Below are positions 1 to 11,495 of a stretch of DNA of 64,000 nucleotides, piece by piece. How positions within the stretch are numbered: the first letter of the stretch is position 1; every line of letters begins with the position of its first letter. The translations under genes and the position numbers were made by a program. Source of the DNA: a bacterium (GTDB taxonomy: Bacteria; JAJRZV01); contig JAJRZV010000050.1 in NCBI GenBank assembly GCA_024275095.1, forward strand, positions 1,603-65,602. The letters run 5' to 3'. The notes under the pieces are model-generated. The model was not told the DNA's origin, did not search any database, and worked only from the letters and a program-made list of their open reading frames with translations.

Positions 1-146
1 AGGTTTTGAAGAAGTCATTTTCAAATCTTCCAAATGTGAAGGTTCTCAGAAAGGAAGGTATCAATGTGTACGATATTCTTAAATTTAAACAACTTATTCT
101 GCCTGTCGATGTGGTTGATTACATAAAGGAGGTTTATGCTCCGTGA
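1..146 (+). CDS. rplD: 50S ribosomal protein L4, 3' fragment (gene starts upstream of the window)
   Basis: Frame from nt 3 reads ...[40 protein letters not shown], stop TGA 144-146; sits immediately upstream of L23 as in the S10 operon. Confidence 0.6.
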   Translation, partial: VLKKSFSNLPNVKVLRKEGINVYDILKFKQLILPVDVVDYIKEVYAP

Positions 147-430
147 GGGAATACGACATCATCATCAGGCCGATTATTACTGAAAAGTCCACAATGCTGA
201 AGGAGAAGTACAACCAGGTAGCATTTGAAGTGGCTATGAATGCCAACAAAAAAGAGATTAAAGAAGCTGTGGAAAAACTCTTTAATGTAAAGGTTGTGAA
301 GGTTCGAACCATGATTATACGTGGTAAAAAAAGGCGCTTGGGGTTTTTTGAAGGTAAAAGACCCAACTGGAAAAAGGCCATTATTACCCTTGCCCCTGGT
401 TCTAAAATTGAATTCTTCGAGGGTGGATGA
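143..430 (+). CDS. rplW: 50S ribosomal protein L23
   Basis: 95-aa [19 protein letters not shown]..., GTG start overlapping the L4 stop; position between L4 and L2. Confidence 0.9.
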   Translation: MREYDIIIRPIITEKSTMLKEKYNQVAFEVAMNANKKEIKEAVEKLFNVKVVKVRTMIIRGKKRRLGFFEGKRPNWKKAIITLAPGSKIEFFEGG

Positions 431-1263
431 CGATGCCTGTAAAGAAATACAAACCCTATACTCCTTCACGGCGATATATTTCTACAGTGGATTTTTCTGT
501 GCTTACCAGAAAGGAGCCGGAAAAAAGCCTGCTCCTGCCCAAAAAGCGTTCTTCGGGTCGTAACAATCAGGGTCGCATTACTATACGGTTTCGAGGAGGA
601 GGCCACAAGCGACTTTACAGGATTATTGATTTCAGGCGGGGCAAATACGATGTGCCTGGAAAAGTAGAAGCAATTGAATACGATCCTAACCGTTCTGCAT
701 TTATTGCTCTTATTTTGTACGCGGATGGTGAGCGTAGGTACATTCTGTGTCCTGTAGGCTTAAACGTGGGCGATAGTGTTATCTCGAGTCGCTCGAGAGT
801 TGACATTCGTCCAGGTAACGCTATGCCTCTCAAGTACATCCCCACGGGAACTTTCGTACACAATGTGGAATTGAAGATTGGTAAGGGCGGACAGCTTGCG
901 CGGAGTGCCGGCGCTCAATGTCAGATAATGGCCAAGGAAAAAAGCTATGTGCTTTTGCGTGTACCTTCTGGTGAAATGCGTTATGTGCACGAGAACTGTA
1001 TGGCTACTGTAGGTCAGGTTGGTAACCTCGATCACGAAAACATCGTTATCGGGAAAGCTGGCAGGTCTCGCTGGCTCGGTCGAAGACCTCATAACCGTGG
1101 TGTATCAATGAACCCCTGTGATCATCCTCACGGTGGTGGCGAAGGGCGTGCTGGTCAGGGTAATCCTCATCCTGTAACCCCATGGGGTGTACCTACAAAA
1201 GGCTACAAGACCCGCAAGAAGGGCAAGGCTTCGGATAAATTTATCGTGAAACGGAGGAAGTGA
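427..1263 (+). CDS. rplB: 50S ribosomal protein L2
   Basis: 278 aa with the conserved L2 C-terminal block [18 protein letters not shown]; ATGA overlap with rplW. Confidence 0.95.
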   Translation: MTMPVKKYKPYTPSRRYISTVDFSVLTRKEPEKSLLLPKKRSSGRNNQGRITIRFRGGGHKRLYRIIDFRRGKYDVPGKVEAIEYDPNRSAFIALILYADGERRYILCPVGLNVGDSVISSRSRVDIRPGNAMPLKYIPTGTFVHNVELKIGKGGQLARSAGAQCQIMAKEKSYVLLRVPSGEMRYVHENCMATVGQVGNLDHENIVIGKAGRSRWLGRRPHNRGVSMNPCDHPHGGGEGRAGQGNPHPVTPWGVPTKGYKTRKKGKASDKFIVKRRK

Positions 1264-1267
1264 ACTC

Positions 1268-1555
1268 ATGGGAAGGTCTCTTAAAAAGGGTCCGTATATT
1301 GATCCCAAATTGCTTAAAAAAGTGATGAAAGCAAAAGAGACAGGTGACAAACGCATGATCAAGACCTGGTCCAGACGCTCCACTATTATCCCTGAAATGG
1401 TGGGATTGACTTTTGCTGTTCATAACGGGAAAAGATTCATCACTGTGTATGTGACAGAGCAGATGGTGGGTCACAAATTAGGAGAATTTGCTCCCACGCG
1501 GACCTTCAGGGGGCATGCCGGCGACAGGAAAGCCAAAAAGGAGAAGGGGAGATAA
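1268..1555 (+). CDS. rpsS: 30S ribosomal protein S19
   Basis: 95 aa, [19 protein letters not shown]... is the canonical S19 N-terminus. Confidence 0.95.
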   Translation: MGRSLKKGPYIDPKLLKKVMKAKETGDKRMIKTWSRRSTIIPEMVGLTFAVHNGKRFITVYVTEQMVGHKLGEFAPTRTFRGHAGDRKAKKEKGR

Positions 1556-1558
1556 AAG

Positions 1559-1894
1559 ATGGCAGAGGCCAGAGCCATAGCAAGATATATTCGTATATCT
1601 CCTTTTAAGGCAAGACTTGTGGCTGATTTGATTCGTGGAAAGTCTGTGAATGAGGCATTTACAATTCTGACATTCACGAGGAAACGTGCTTCGAAAATTA
1701 TTGAGAAAGTTCTCAAGTCAGCAGTGGCCAATGCTTCTCAGGCGGGAGATATAGATCCTGATAATCTCTACATAAAGAAAATAACAGTAGATGAGGGTCC
1801 CACACTCAAACGGATTCGCCCCATGTCCCGGGGAAGAGCCGGGTTAATTCGGAAGAGAACAAGTCACATAACAATTGTGGTAGAGGAGAAATAG
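1559..1894 (+). CDS. rplV: 50S ribosomal protein L22
   Basis: 111 aa, [28 protein letters not shown]... Confidence 0.95.
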   Translation: MAEARAIARYIRISPFKARLVADLIRGKSVNEAFTILTFTRKRASKIIEKVLKSAVANASQAGDIDPDNLYIKKITVDEGPTLKRIRPMSRGRAGLIRKRTSHITIVVEEK

Positions 1895-1902
1895 GAGGCA
1901 AC

Positions 1903-2550
1903 ATGGGCCAGAAGGTTCATCCCATAGGTTTTCGCCTGGGTATCACCAAAGACTGGAAATCCAAGTGGTTTTCGCACAAAGAGTATGCTGCACACCTGCA
2001 CGAGGATATACGAATTCGCAAGCGTATAAAGGAGAAGTACGGAACAAATGCCGGTGTCAGTCATATCGTTATTGAAAGGCGGGCTTCCACGGTAAAAATT
2101 TATATCCATACAGCGAGACCGGGAATTCTTATCGGACCAAGAGGTTCTAATATCGAGGCCTTGAAGCAGGACCTGCAGAAACTGACAGGTAAGGAGATTA
2201 TTCTCGAGATTGTTGAGATAAAGAAGCCCCAGCTGGATGCCCAGCTGGTGGCAGAAAACACGGCTCTTCAACTCGAACGACGCGTGTCTTACAGGCGAGC
2301 GATGAAGCGTGCGGTATCAGACTGTTTCAAGTTTGGTGGCGAGGGTATAAAAATTATGTGCAGCGGTCGTCTGGCAGGAGCGGAAATTGCACGCCGTGAG
2401 TGGTACATAGAGGGAAGGTTACCCCTCAATACTCTACGTGCAAATGTGGATTATGGATATGCAGTGGCGCGTACGAAATACGGTACTATAGGGGTAAAGG
2501 TCTGGATATATAAAGGTCAGATTCTGGAGAAAGGTAAACTCGTTCTCTGA
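1903..2550 (+). CDS. rpsC: 30S ribosomal protein S3
   Basis: 215 aa, [18 protein letters not shown]..., KH-domain region. Confidence 0.95.
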   Translation: MGQKVHPIGFRLGITKDWKSKWFSHKEYAAHLHEDIRIRKRIKEKYGTNAGVSHIVIERRASTVKIYIHTARPGILIGPRGSNIEALKQDLQKLTGKEIILEIVEIKKPQLDAQLVAENTALQLERRVSYRRAMKRAVSDCFKFGGEGIKIMCSGRLAGAEIARREWYIEGRLPLNTLRANVDYGYAVARTKYGTIGVKVWIYKGQILEKGKLVL

Positions 2551-2564
2551 GGAGGGTTTGAGCC

Positions 2565-2990
2565 GTGTTGATGCCTAAGAAGGTAAAATATCGCAAGCAG
2601 CAAAGAGGCCGTGTCAGAGGCAAGGCTCAGAAGGGCAATCGTGTCTCTTTCGGAGAATATGGACTTCAGGTCCTGGAGCCCGGTTGGATTACTGCACGCC
2701 AGATAGAGGCAGCCCGTGTGGCTATTGTCAGATACCTCCGTAAAGGAGCTAAAATATGGATTCGCGTATTTCCAGATAAACCCGTGACCAAGAAGCCGCT
2801 TGAGACGCGAATGGGGAAAGGAAAGGGCAATGTGGAATACTGGGTGGCTCCTGTGAAGGCCGGGCGGATTATATTTGAACTCGAAGGGGCTCGTAAAGAA
2901 TTGGCGTATGAGGCATTGCGTCGTGCCGGGATGAAGATTGGTTTGAAAACTCGAGTGGTAGAAAGACTTGAGGAGGTATCAATACTGTGA
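2565..2990 (+). CDS. rplP: 50S ribosomal protein L16
   Basis: 141 aa, [16 protein letters not shown]... Confidence 0.95.
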   Translation: MLMPKKVKYRKQQRGRVRGKAQKGNRVSFGEYGLQVLEPGWITARQIEAARVAIVRYLRKGAKIWIRVFPDKPVTKKPLETRMGKGKGNVEYWVAPVKAGRIIFELEGARKELAYEALRRAGMKIGLKTRVVERLEEVSIL

Positions 2991-3193
2991 TGAAGGCTCG
3001 AGAACTGAGAGAAATGTCAGATGTAGAGCTTGAAGCAAAGCTGGAGGAATTGAAGAAGGAATTGTTTAAGTTGCGTATTGAAAGATCTATTGGACAGGTT
3101 GCGAATCCCATGAGGAGACGGGATATACGTCGGGATATCGCAAGGATTAAAACCATACTCAATGAAAGAAGAAGGGGGCAGCAATCCAAATGA
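2987..3193 (+). CDS. rpmC: 50S ribosomal protein L29
   Basis: 68 aa, [29 protein letters not shown]; ATGA overlap with rplP. Confidence 0.9.
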   Translation: MMKARELREMSDVELEAKLEELKKELFKLRIERSIGQVANPMRRRDIRRDIARIKTILNERRRGQQSK

Positions 3194-3591
3194 GAACACG
3201 GAAGAAAGTTCTTGTTGGTACAGTTGTAAGTGACAAAATGGACAAAACCATTGTCGTGCGGGTGGAGCGCATAATGATGCATCCACGATACAAGAAGTAC
3301 ATCAAGCGTCACAAGAAATATTATGTTCATGATCCTCTCAATGAAGCCAGGGAAGATGATGTGGTCAAAATTATTGAATCGCGGCCTCTCAGTCGGTTGA
3401 AGAGGTGGAGACTGCTGGAAATTGTCAAACGCGGAGGCGTTAAGGTTGAAGTAGAAGATGTACCGGAAGAATTAAAGAAACTTGAAGGGGAAGTTAAAGA
3501 ACCAGAATCTGAGGGACAGAAAGTGGACGAAGGAAGTGAGGCCGCTGAGGGAGCCGGACAGGATGAGAGTTCAGGTGAAGAAGAGGGGTGA
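3190..3591 (+). CDS. rpsQ: 30S ribosomal protein S17 with acidic C-terminal extension
   Basis: 133 aa; S17 core ([18 protein letters not shown]...) followed by a ~45-aa Glu/Gly-rich tail. Confidence 0.9.
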   Translation: MRTRKKVLVGTVVSDKMDKTIVVRVERIMMHPRYKKYIKRHKKYYVHDPLNEAREDDVVKIIESRPLSRLKRWRLLEIVKRGGVKVEVEDVPEELKKLEGEVKEPESEGQKVDEGSEAAEGAGQDESSGEEEG

Positions 3592-3597
3592 GCAATC

Positions 3598-3966
3598 ATG
3601 ATTCAGCAGGAAACATACCTGAATGTGGCTGATAATTCTGGTGCGAAGAAAGTGTATTGCATTCGTGTGCTCGGAGGGTTCAAACGCAAATATGGTCGTA
3701 TTGGTGACATAGTGGTTGTGAGTGTGAAAGAGGCTCTTCCCAGGACGAAGGTGAAAAAAGGTGATGTGCTCAAAGCTGTTATTGTGAGGACACGAAAGGA
3801 AACGCGACGCGACGATGGGACATATATCCGTTTTGATGACAATGCCGTGGTTTTGCTCAATAATCAGCTGGAACCTCTTGGAACACGAATTTTTGGACCT
3901 GTAGCACGGGAACTTCGAGCAAAGGGGTTTATGCGCATTATTTCGCTGGCTCCGGAGGTGTTATAA
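3598..3966 (+). CDS. rplN: 50S ribosomal protein L14
   Basis: 122 aa, [19 protein letters not shown]... Confidence 0.95.
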   Translation: MIQQETYLNVADNSGAKKVYCIRVLGGFKRKYGRIGDIVVVSVKEALPRTKVKKGDVLKAVIVRTRKETRRDDGTYIRFDDNAVVLLNNQLEPLGTRIFGPVARELRAKGFMRIISLAPEVL

Positions 3967-3968
3967 AA

Positions 3969-4289
3969 ATGGCACTGCGCATTCGAAAGGGAGACCTCGT
4001 TCAGGTGATGACCGGAAAAGAGAAAGGGAGGCGCGGTAAGGTTCTTCGTGTTGATCCCGAAAAGAACAGGGTATATGTTGAAAAGGTCAACCTTGTAAAG
4101 AAACATCAGAGACCTACAGAACGGAATCCTCAGGGAGGTATTCTCGAAAAAGAAGCTCCCATTCACATTTCAAATGTAATGGTGGTGTGTCCCAAGTGTG
4201 ATAAGCCTCGTCGCTTTGGAGTAAAGTTTCTTTCTGATGGTTCAAAGGTGAGATGTTGCAAAAAATGTGGGGAGGTCTTTGAAAGCTGA
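3969..4289 (+). CDS. rplX: 50S ribosomal protein L24, C-terminus carries a CxxC...CxxC zinc-ribbon-like motif
   Basis: 106 aa; KOW region [12 protein letters not shown]...; C-terminus ...[33 protein letters not shown]. Confidence 0.9.
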   Translation: MALRIRKGDLVQVMTGKEKGRRGKVLRVDPEKNRVYVEKVNLVKKHQRPTERNPQGGILEKEAPIHISNVMVVCPKCDKPRRFGVKFLSDGSKVRCCKKCGEVFES

Positions 4290-4846
4290 TGGAAAGGAAA
4301 CGCGTTCCAGAACTGAAACGCATGTACGAAGAAGAAGTAGTGCCCAAATTGATGAAGGAACTCAACTACTCCAATCCTCTGCAGGTGCCCAGGTTGTATA
4401 AGGTGGTACTCAATATGGGTGTGGGTAATGCAAAGGAGAATATGAAAACGCTGGAGTCGGCTGTATATGAGCTTTCCACCATCACTGGACAGAAGGCTGT
4501 TGTTACCCGTGCTCGCAAATCAATTGCAGGGTTTAAAATTCGGCAGGGTGACCCTGTAGGAGTAAGAGTTACACTGAGAAAAACGCTGATGTACGAATTC
4601 CTTTACAGGCTCATACATGTGGCACTTCCAAGGGTAAGGGACTTTAAAGGACTGTCCACAAAGGGGTTCGACGGGAGGGGTAATTATAACTTTGGAATAC
4701 GGGAAGATATTATCTTTCCAGAGGTTGATTACAATAAGATAGATAGACCGAAAGGTTTGAACGTTACTGTTGTTACCACGGCTGAAACAGACGAAGAGGC
4801 GTACAGGCTTCTCAAGGCACTTGGATTTCCTTTTAGAGAGGTGTGA
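4289..4846 (+). CDS. rplE: 50S ribosomal protein L5
   Basis: 185 aa, typical L5 sequence; start overlaps L24 stop. Confidence 0.95.
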   Translation: MERKRVPELKRMYEEEVVPKLMKELNYSNPLQVPRLYKVVLNMGVGNAKENMKTLESAVYELSTITGQKAVVTRARKSIAGFKIRQGDPVGVRVTLRKTLMYEFLYRLIHVALPRVRDFKGLSTKGFDGRGNYNFGIREDIIFPEVDYNKIDRPKGLNVTVVTTAETDEEAYRLLKALGFPFREV

Positions 4847-4848
4847 GA

Positions 4849-5034
4849 ATGGCGAGAAAGGCCCTTATTGTTAAGGCACAGCGCGAGCCGAAATTTAAGG
4901 TGAGAAAATACAATCGTTGCCCCTTGTGCGGGCGTGTGAGGGGATACCTCAGGAAGTTTCAGATGTGCAGAATTTGTTTCAGAAACCTTGCATTAAGGGG
5001 TGAAATCCCCGGTGTGAGAAAGGCCAGCTGGTGA
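4849..5034 (+). CDS. rpsZ: 30S ribosomal protein S14 type Z (zinc-binding)
   Basis: 61 aa from ATG 4849: [45 protein letters not shown] (C4 ribbon). The ORF-track start 4843 is a GTG overlapping the L5 stop. Confidence 0.9.
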   Translation: MARKALIVKAQREPKFKVRKYNRCPLCGRVRGYLRKFQMCRICFRNLALRGEIPGVRKASW

Positions 5035-5044
5035 GGTGTAGACC

Positions 5045-5440
5045 ATGATGACAGATCCTATCGCAGATATGCTCACCCGTATTAGAAACGCCTTGCAGGT
5101 TAGAAAGGAGTGCGTAGACATCCCCTCTTCAAAATTGAAGAGGCGGATAGTGGAAATTCTGAAGAATGAAGGATACATATCCAACTATGTACTTATAGAT
5201 GATGGTAAACAGGGGGTTCTCAGGGTATATCTCAAGTACGACGAGAATAATGAACCGGTAATCAAGAAGCTCATTCGAGTGAGCAAACCCGGACGACGGG
5301 TGTATGTTTCCAGAGCCAAGTTGCCCCGTCCATTAAGTGGCGTTGGTATTGCTATTATTTCTACGTCTAAGGGAATAATGTCTGACATCGAGGCCCGTAA
5401 ACTGGGCGTAGGCGGAGAAGTCATCTGCGAGGTCTGGTGA
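5045..5440 (+). CDS. rpsH: 30S ribosomal protein S8
   Basis: 131 aa, [16 protein letters not shown]... Confidence 0.95.
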   Translation: MMTDPIADMLTRIRNALQVRKECVDIPSSKLKRRIVEILKNEGYISNYVLIDDGKQGVLRVYLKYDENNEPVIKKLIRVSKPGRRVYVSRAKLPRPLSGVGIAIISTSKGIMSDIEARKLGVGGEVICEVW

Positions 5441-5979
5441 TGTCGAAGATAGGAAAACGACCGGTAGAGCTGCCCCAAAAAGTAGTTTTTAAAGATGAAG
5501 GTGATGTGTATGTCATTGAAGGACCCAAAGGACGGTTGGAAGTTTTGAAACATGAAAAGGTGAAAGCTGAGCTTACCGATGGAAAGATTGTTGTGACGCG
5601 GCTGGACGAAACGAAATCAGCAAAAGCCATGCACGGAACAATGAGACAATTGATTGCGAACGCTGTTAAAGGAGTAAGCGAAGGTTTTGTCAAGACTCTC
5701 GAGGTGATGGGTATCGGATATCGTGTGGAACAAAAGGGCAATGATACGATTGTTCTTAGTGTGGGCTATTCCAAGCCGGTCGAGTTCAAGGCTCCTGAAG
5801 GGATAGAGTTTAAGGTTGAGGGTAGCAGGATAGAGGTTAGAGGCATTGATAAACAAAAAGTCGGTCAGGTGGCTTCTGATATAAGAGAAATCAGGCCGCC
5901 TGATCCGTACAAAGGAAAGGGGATCAGATATGTGGGCGAAATCCTGCGACTCAAGCCTGGTAAGCAGGCGAAGAAGTAA
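5437..5979 (+). CDS. rplF: 50S ribosomal protein L6
   Basis: 180 aa, [15 protein letters not shown]...; ATGA overlap with rpsH. Confidence 0.95.
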   Translation: MMSKIGKRPVELPQKVVFKDEGDVYVIEGPKGRLEVLKHEKVKAELTDGKIVVTRLDETKSAKAMHGTMRQLIANAVKGVSEGFVKTLEVMGIGYRVEQKGNDTIVLSVGYSKPVEFKAPEGIEFKVEGSRIEVRGIDKQKVGQVASDIREIRPPDPYKGKGIRYVGEILRLKPGKQAKK

Positions 5980-6009
5980 TGGTACCAAGCAAGTCTTTGA
6001 GGTGAGTAC

Positions 6010-6381
6010 ATGATAGGTGAGAAAGAAAAAAAATTAGAGCGGCGTTTGAGACGGAAAAAAAGAGTACGCAAAAAAATTTACGGAACCCCTGACAGGCCGA
6101 GACTGTCAGTGTACAAATCACTTAAACATATCTATGCACAAATTATAGATGATACCCAGGGAAGGACGCTGGTATTTGTTTCTACTCTGACCCCGGGTCT
6201 TCAGCTTAATAGTGCAAAACCCTGGACGGTGGAAGCAGCACGTAAAGTTGGTCTGGAACTTGGCAAACGAGCGGTTGAGAAAGGCATCAAAAAGGTTACA
6301 TTTGACAGGGGTGGATTTAAGTATCACGGGCGCATCAAAGCCGTGGCAGAAGGTGCCCGTGAGGCAGGACTTGAATTTTAA
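6010..6381 (+). CDS. rplR: 50S ribosomal protein L18
   Basis: 123 aa, ...[18 protein letters not shown]... Confidence 0.9.
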   Translation: MIGEKEKKLERRLRRKKRVRKKIYGTPDRPRLSVYKSLKHIYAQIIDDTQGRTLVFVSTLTPGLQLNSAKPWTVEAARKVGLELGKRAVEKGIKKVTFDRGGFKYHGRIKAVAEGAREAGLEF

Positions 6382-6401
6382 CATGGAAGAGGGAGGTAAA
6401 G

Positions 6402-6914
6402 TTGATGCACAATACCATCAATCCTGATGAACTTGAGCTGAAAGAAAGAGTTATTTATGTCAACCGTGTTTCCAAAGTTGTTGCAGGTGGCAAACGCTTC
6501 AGTTTTAGTGCACTTGTGGTGGTAGGTGATGAAAACGGCCACGTGGGATACGGATTGGGAAAGGCCAAGGAAGTTCCTGAGGCTGTTAGAAAGGCTATTG
6601 AAAAAGCGAAGAAGAATCTCATACGCATTCCCATTATCAATGGAACCATACCTCATTACGTGGTGGGTAAATTCTGTTCTGGCAAGGTGCTCCTTAAACC
6701 AGCAGCACCCGGAACAGGTGTTATTGCAGGCAGTACTGTCCGTGCTGTACTTGAGCTCGCTGGTGTAAAGAATGTGTTGACCAAGAGTTTACGCTCTACA
6801 AATCCACATAATCTTGTAAAAGCCACGTTCAATGGCTTGAAACAGTTACGCACCCTGCGTGATGCAGCGCGAGTCCGCGGGAAGAAACCCGAAGACCTTT
6901 TACTTAACAGGTGA
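6402..6914 (+). CDS. rpsE: 30S ribosomal protein S5
   Basis: 170 aa, ...[37 protein letters not shown]... Confidence 0.95.
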   Translation: MMHNTINPDELELKERVIYVNRVSKVVAGGKRFSFSALVVVGDENGHVGYGLGKAKEVPEAVRKAIEKAKKNLIRIPIINGTIPHYVVGKFCSGKVLLKPAAPGTGVIAGSTVRAVLELAGVKNVLTKSLRSTNPHNLVKATFNGLKQLRTLRDAARVRGKKPEDLLLNR

Positions 6915-7120
6915 TAGCCGTGTCCGGAAGTACGAAAAAGGTTAAAGTCACACTTGTACGGGGAAGAGCCGGGAAAAATAAAAAAGTACTGGCAACCCTC
7001 GACTGCCTCAAGCTCAGAAAGCCGGGGTCTTCTGCTGTATTTGAGCTTACACCACCCATTAAAGGAATGCTTGAGAAAGTTGCTCATATGGTAAAAGTGG
7101 AGGAAGTAGACAATGCTTGA
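6911..7120 (+). CDS. rpmD: 50S ribosomal protein L30
   Basis: 69 aa (GTG start; alternative GTG at 6920); position between S5 and L15; ...[21 protein letters not shown]... Confidence 0.8.
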   Translation: MIAVSGSTKKVKVTLVRGRAGKNKKVLATLDCLKLRKPGSSAVFELTPPIKGMLEKVAHMVKVEEVDNA

Positions 7121-7553
7121 GATTTTAAAGCCACCACCAGGTGCAAAAAAGAAACGTAAACGGGTTGGCAGGGGAGCCGGCTCAGGACATGGTAAAACGT
7201 CCGCGCGTGGCCAGAAAGGGCAGGGGTCGCGTGCAGGTAAAGGTGTGAAACCATGGTTTGAAGGTGGCCAAACTCCCCTGTTCAGGCGCATACCCAAGAG
7301 GGGTTTTAATAACAGGTTTCGAGTAGAGTACCAGGAAGTGAATATTCGCCGATTAAACGTATTTAGAGACGGTGATGTTGTGGATAAAAAAGCGTTACTG
7401 GATAAGGGACTAATTTCTTCACTAAAGCAGCCCGTAAAAATTCTTGGTCTGGGGCATCTCAAGCGTAAAATTACTATCAAGGTAGAGGCCTGTTCTTCTT
7501 CCGCTCTTGAGAAAATCAAAGAAGCGGGCGCGGCCTTTGAGCCCATTACCTGA
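7113..7553 (+). CDS. rplO: 50S ribosomal protein L15
   Basis: 146 aa, Gly/Arg/Lys-rich N-terminus (KRVGRGAGSGHGKTSARGQKGQ). Confidence 0.9.
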   Translation: MLEILKPPPGAKKKRKRVGRGAGSGHGKTSARGQKGQGSRAGKGVKPWFEGGQTPLFRRIPKRGFNNRFRVEYQEVNIRRLNVFRDGDVVDKKALLDKGLISSLKQPVKILGLGHLKRKITIKVEACSSSALEKIKEAGAAFEPIT

Positions 7554-7568
7554 ATATTTTCTTAAAAG

Positions 7569-8879
7569 ATGAACGGCGCACTCAATATCACTAAAATCCC
7601 GGAACTGAGACGCCGCCTTCTTATGACAGCATTTATGCTGGCCATCTACAGACTCGGTGTATTTATCCCTACTCCTGGTATAGATACCGCTGTTCTTGGA
7701 GAGTTCTTCCAGCGTGCAGAGGGTACACTTTTTGGTCTTATTAATATGTTTTCTGGCGGGGCTCTCAGGAATTTTTCAATTTTCGCTTTGGGAATTATGC
7801 CTTACATTTCGGCCACCATCATCATGCAACTTTTAACAGCGGTGTTTCCTGCACTTGAGGAGTTGCAGAAAGAAGGAGAGGTGGGAAGAAAGAAAATTAC
7901 CCAGTACTCTCGATACCTTACCGTTGGTTTATGTATTTTCCAGGGATTTTTTATTGCTGTGGGACTTGAGCGCATGGAGGGTCCTGGAGGCCAGAGTGTT
8001 GTGTATCACCCTGGCTGGAATTTCCGGATTATGTCGGTCATTACTCTTACCACAGGCACTGCCTTCCTCATGTGGCTTGGAGAGCAGATTACCGAGAGGG
8101 GTATCGGTAATGGTATATCACTTTTGATTTTCGCAGGGATTGTGGCCCGAATGCCCTCGGCAACGGTAAATGTGTTCAGAATGATCCGTGCAGGGGAGCT
8201 GAGTCTGTTTACATTAATATTCCTGTTCCTTTTCATGGTATTGGTAGTTGCTGTGATTGTGTTTATGGAAAGAGCTCACCGACGCATTCCTGTACAATAT
8301 GCAAAACGTGTTATTGGCAGAAAGGTTTACGGAGGCACCAGTACTCATCTGCCATTAAAGGTTAATCCCGCAGGAGTGATTCCGCCAATATTTGCTTCTT
8401 CGTTATTGATGTTTCCCATGACCATTGCCAATTTTGGGGATTTTAAATGGCTGGAGTGGTTTCGGGTATATTTTTATCCAGGAAAACCCGTGCATGACAT
8501 TCTGTATGTTGTTCTCATCATATTTTTTACCTATTTTTACACAGCGGTAATATTTAACCCCGTGGATGTTGCAGATAATCTGAGGAAATACGGAGGCTTT
8601 ATCCCGGGTATTCGTCCCGGCAAGAGTACTGCTGATTACATTGACAGAGTGCTTTCTCGGATTACTCTATGGGGTGCATTGTACCTTTCGGCTGTGTGTG
8701 TGCTTCCGTTCTTTCTCATTAACGCGTTTAATGTGCCTTTCTATTTCGGTGGTACGGCACTTCTCATTGTCGTGGGTGTGGCCATGGATACGATGCAGCA
8801 GATAGAAGCTCATCTCATCATGCGAAATTACGAGGGCGTGATAAAGAAAACACGTGTAAGAGGGAGGAGAGGACTATAA
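7569..8879 (+). CDS. secY: preprotein translocase subunit SecY
   Basis: 436 aa polytopic membrane protein in the canonical slot after rplO. Confidence 0.95.
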   Translation: MNGALNITKIPELRRRLLMTAFMLAIYRLGVFIPTPGIDTAVLGEFFQRAEGTLFGLINMFSGGALRNFSIFALGIMPYISATIIMQLLTAVFPALEELQKEGEVGRKKITQYSRYLTVGLCIFQGFFIAVGLERMEGPGGQSVVYHPGWNFRIMSVITLTTGTAFLMWLGEQITERGIGNGISLLIFAGIVARMPSATVNVFRMIRAGELSLFTLIFLFLFMVLVVAVIVFMERAHRRIPVQYAKRVIGRKVYGGTSTHLPLKVNPAGVIPPIFASSLLMFPMTIANFGDFKWLEWFRVYFYPGKPVHDILYVVLIIFFTYFYTAVIFNPVDVADNLRKYGGFIPGIRPGKSTADYIDRVLSRITLWGALYLSAVCVLPFFLINAFNVPFYFGGTALLIVVGVAMDTMQQIEAHLIMRNYEGVIKKTRVRGRRGL

Positions 8880-9532
8880 TGGCCAAAAATGTAGTGCTTC
8901 TTGGACCTCCAGGTGCGGGAAAAGGTACGCAGGCAGAGAGAATTTCAAAGAAGTATGGACTTGTTCAGCTTTCCACCGGTGATATGCTTCGTGAGGCTGT
9001 CAAGAAAGGTACGCCTCTTGGTATGCAGGCAAAATCCTATATGGACAAAGGCGAACTTGTTCCCGACGATGTGGTAATCGGTATTGTTCGGGAAAAACTG
9101 AAAGAGCTTAAAAATGCCCCTGGAGTCCTGTTCGATGGCTTCCCGCGCACTGTTGAACAGGCTAAGGCTCTTGATTCCATGCTTGAGGAGGAGGAGCTTT
9201 CTCCTGTTATGGTCATTCAGATGGAAGTCGATGACTCAGAGATCATTGAGAGACTCACGGGAAGACGTGTTTGTGAGAAATGCGGTGCAAATTATCACGT
9301 GAAATTCAATCCTCCACAGAAAAACGGGACATGTGATGCCTGTGGAGGTCCCTTGGTTCAGAGAGCCGATGATAATGAAGAAACAGTTAGAAATCGTTTG
9401 AAAGTATATCATCAATCTACCAGTCCACTCGTTGGATATTATCGTGAAGCAGGGAAATTGAGAGTTGTTGGTGGAAGTGGTTCCATAGATGAGGTTTTTT
9501 CCAGGATCGACAGCATCCTTTCCTCTGTATGA
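8879..9532 (+). CDS. adk: adenylate kinase (zinc-binding LID)
   Basis: 217 aa, P-loop LLGPPGAGKGTQA; LID C4 motif CEKCGANYH...CDACGG. Confidence 0.95.
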   Translation: MAKNVVLLGPPGAGKGTQAERISKKYGLVQLSTGDMLREAVKKGTPLGMQAKSYMDKGELVPDDVVIGIVREKLKELKNAPGVLFDGFPRTVEQAKALDSMLEEEELSPVMVIQMEVDDSEIIERLTGRRVCEKCGANYHVKFNPPQKNGTCDACGGPLVQRADDNEETVRNRLKVYHQSTSPLVGYYREAGKLRVVGGSGSIDEVFSRIDSILSSV

Positions 9533-10281
9533 TTGTGTTGAAGACCGAAAAGGAGTTGAAGTACATGGCAATTGCCGGGCAGGTGGTGGCTGAAGTGTTG
9601 AGAGTGGTAAGTGAAAAGGTGAGTGATGGTGTTCCTGCGAGTACCTTTGATGAGCTTGCGGAAAAAGTAACTGCCAAGATGGGAGCTGTTCCAGCCTTTA
9701 AAGGATATAGAGGTTACCCTGCTTCAATATGTGTCTCTGTAAATGACGAGGTCGTTCATGGCATTCCTTCCAGGGAGAAAGTTGTTAAAGAGGGTGATAT
9801 TGTCAGTTTTGATTTTGGTGCAATTTACCGGGGGTATTATGCCGATGCAGCGGTGACAGTGCCGGTAGGGAACATTACCGAAAGGGCCAGACGTTTGATC
9901 CAGGTGACCGAAGAGTCATTTTGGGAGGCATTCAAGTTTATGCGGGAAGGTTACTCTGTGGGAGATATCTCAAATGTTGTCCAGAAATATGTCGAAAGTC
10001 ACGGGTTTTCAGTGGTTAGAACTTTCGTAGGACATGGAATAGGGAAAAGTTTGCATGAAGAGCCTCAGGTGCCTAACTTTGGTAAAAGGGGTACGGGGCC
10101 AAGGCTTCGCAGGGGTATGACTCTCGCTGTTGAACCAATGGTTAACGAGGGACACTGGCGTGTAAAAATTGAAAAGGATGGATGGACGGCGAGGACAGAG
10201 GACGGTTCACTTTCTGCGCATTACGAGCATACAGTTGTTATCACGGATGGTGAGCCGCTTATTTTGACTAAAAAGAAATGA
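9529..10281 (+). CDS. map: type I methionine aminopeptidase
   Basis: 250 aa, pita-bread fold sequence (HGIGKSLHEEPQV...). Confidence 0.95.
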   Translation: MIVLKTEKELKYMAIAGQVVAEVLRVVSEKVSDGVPASTFDELAEKVTAKMGAVPAFKGYRGYPASICVSVNDEVVHGIPSREKVVKEGDIVSFDFGAIYRGYYADAAVTVPVGNITERARRLIQVTEESFWEAFKFMREGYSVGDISNVVQKYVESHGFSVVRTFVGHGIGKSLHEEPQVPNFGKRGTGPRLRRGMTLAVEPMVNEGHWRVKIEKDGWTARTEDGSLSAHYEHTVVITDGEPLILTKKK

Positions 10282-10320
10282 TAGGATATAATTGAAAGAT
10301 TAAAGGAGGATTGGGTTAGA

Positions 10321-10548
10321 TTGGCACGTAAGGATAATCTTGTTGTAGAGGGTACAGTTATTGAGCCGTTGCCGAATGCGATGTTCAGAGTGGAACTCGA
10401 GAATGGGCACAGAATTCTTGCTCATGTTTCAGGAAAAATGAGGATGTATTACATAAAAATTATGCCAGGTGACAAGGTGGTTGTAGAACTTTCCCCTTAC
10501 GACCCCAATCGTGGTCGCATTATCTACAGGGGGAGTAAGAGTTCCTGA
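10321..10548 (+). CDS. infA: translation initiation factor IF-1 (apparent TTG start)
   Basis: 75 aa [40 protein letters not shown]...; AAGGAGGA 10 nt upstream of TTG 10321. Confidence 0.9.
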   Translation: MARKDNLVVEGTVIEPLPNAMFRVELENGHRILAHVSGKMRMYYIKIMPGDKVVVELSPYDPNRGRIIYRGSKSS

Positions 10549-10561
10549 AAGAGGTGTTTTC

Positions 10562-10675
10562 ATGAAGGTGAGACCTTCGGTAAAACGCATGTGTAGCAAG
10601 TGTCGTATTATTCGGAGGCATGGCAGGGTAAGGGTGATATGTCCCAATCCCAAACACAAACAGCGTCAGGGTTGA
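10562..10675 (+). CDS. rpmJ: 50S ribosomal protein L36
   Basis: Not in the ORF track (37 aa). Hand-translated: [37 protein letters not shown], the C/C/C/H zinc-ribbon L36. Confidence 0.85.
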   Translation: MKVRPSVKRMCSKCRIIRRHGRVRVICPNPKHKQRQG

Positions 10676-10686
10676 AGGGGGTAAAA

Positions 10687-11055
10687 ATGGCCAGAGTGGC
10701 TGGAGTTGACATTCCTGATAACAAGAAAATCTGGGTGGCACTTACATATATTTATGGTATTGGAAAATACAGAGCGTTTAAAGTCCTGGAAATGGCTGGT
10801 GTCTCACCTGATCGCAGGACCAGAGAACTCAGCGGAGAGGAAATTGCAAAAATTAACAAGGTAATTACCGAGAACTACAAGGTAGAAGGTGACCTGAGAA
10901 AAGAAGTAACCATGAATATCAAGCGTCTTATTGATATAGGGTGTTACAGAGGGCTCCGGCATCGTCTCGGTCTTCCTGTAAGAGGGCAACGTACAAGAAC
11001 CAATGCCCGCACCCGTAAGGGTCCCAGGCGGCGCATTGGAACCAAGAAAAAATAA
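10687..11055 (+). CDS. rpsM: 30S ribosomal protein S13
   Basis: Internal ATG of ORF 10600-11055 gives [26 protein letters not shown]..., the canonical S13 N-terminus (122 aa). Confidence 0.9.
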   Translation: MARVAGVDIPDNKKIWVALTYIYGIGKYRAFKVLEMAGVSPDRRTRELSGEEIAKINKVITENYKVEGDLRKEVTMNIKRLIDIGCYRGLRHRLGLPVRGQRTRTNARTRKGPRRRIGTKKK

Positions 11056-11082
11056 TAAACGTATTGAAGGAGGAGTGCTCCT

Positions 11083-11484
11083 ATGGCTGCAAAACCCAGG
11101 CGTCGGCGAAAAGGTGGAAGAAAGAAAATAAAAAAAGTGGTGGAAGAAGCCAACGTTTACATACAGTCCACTTTTAACAATACCATCGTTACTGTAACGG
11201 ATGCAGAAGGCAATACTCTCTGCTGGTCTTCAGGAGGAGTGATTGGATATAAAGGTTCGCGCAAGGGCACACCTTTTGCTGCGCAGATGGCGGCGGAAGA
11301 TGCGGCACAAAAGGCAAAAGATTTTGGAGTAAAACGCATTAAGGTGTTTGTTAAAGGCCCGGGGTCGGGTAGAGAAACAGCCATCCGGGCACTTCAGGCA
11401 TCGGGACTAAAAATTACATTTATAAAGGACATCACGCCCATTCCTCACAATGGTTGTCGTCCACCGAAAAGACGGAGAGTTTAA
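11083..11484 (+). CDS. rpsK: 30S ribosomal protein S11
   Basis: 133 aa, ...[21 protein letters not shown]... Confidence 0.95.
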   Translation: MAAKPRRRRKGGRKKIKKVVEEANVYIQSTFNNTIVTVTDAEGNTLCWSSGGVIGYKGSRKGTPFAAQMAAEDAAQKAKDFGVKRIKVFVKGPGSGRETAIRALQASGLKITFIKDITPIPHNGCRPPKRRRV

Positions 11485-11495
11485 AGGAGGTTTTC

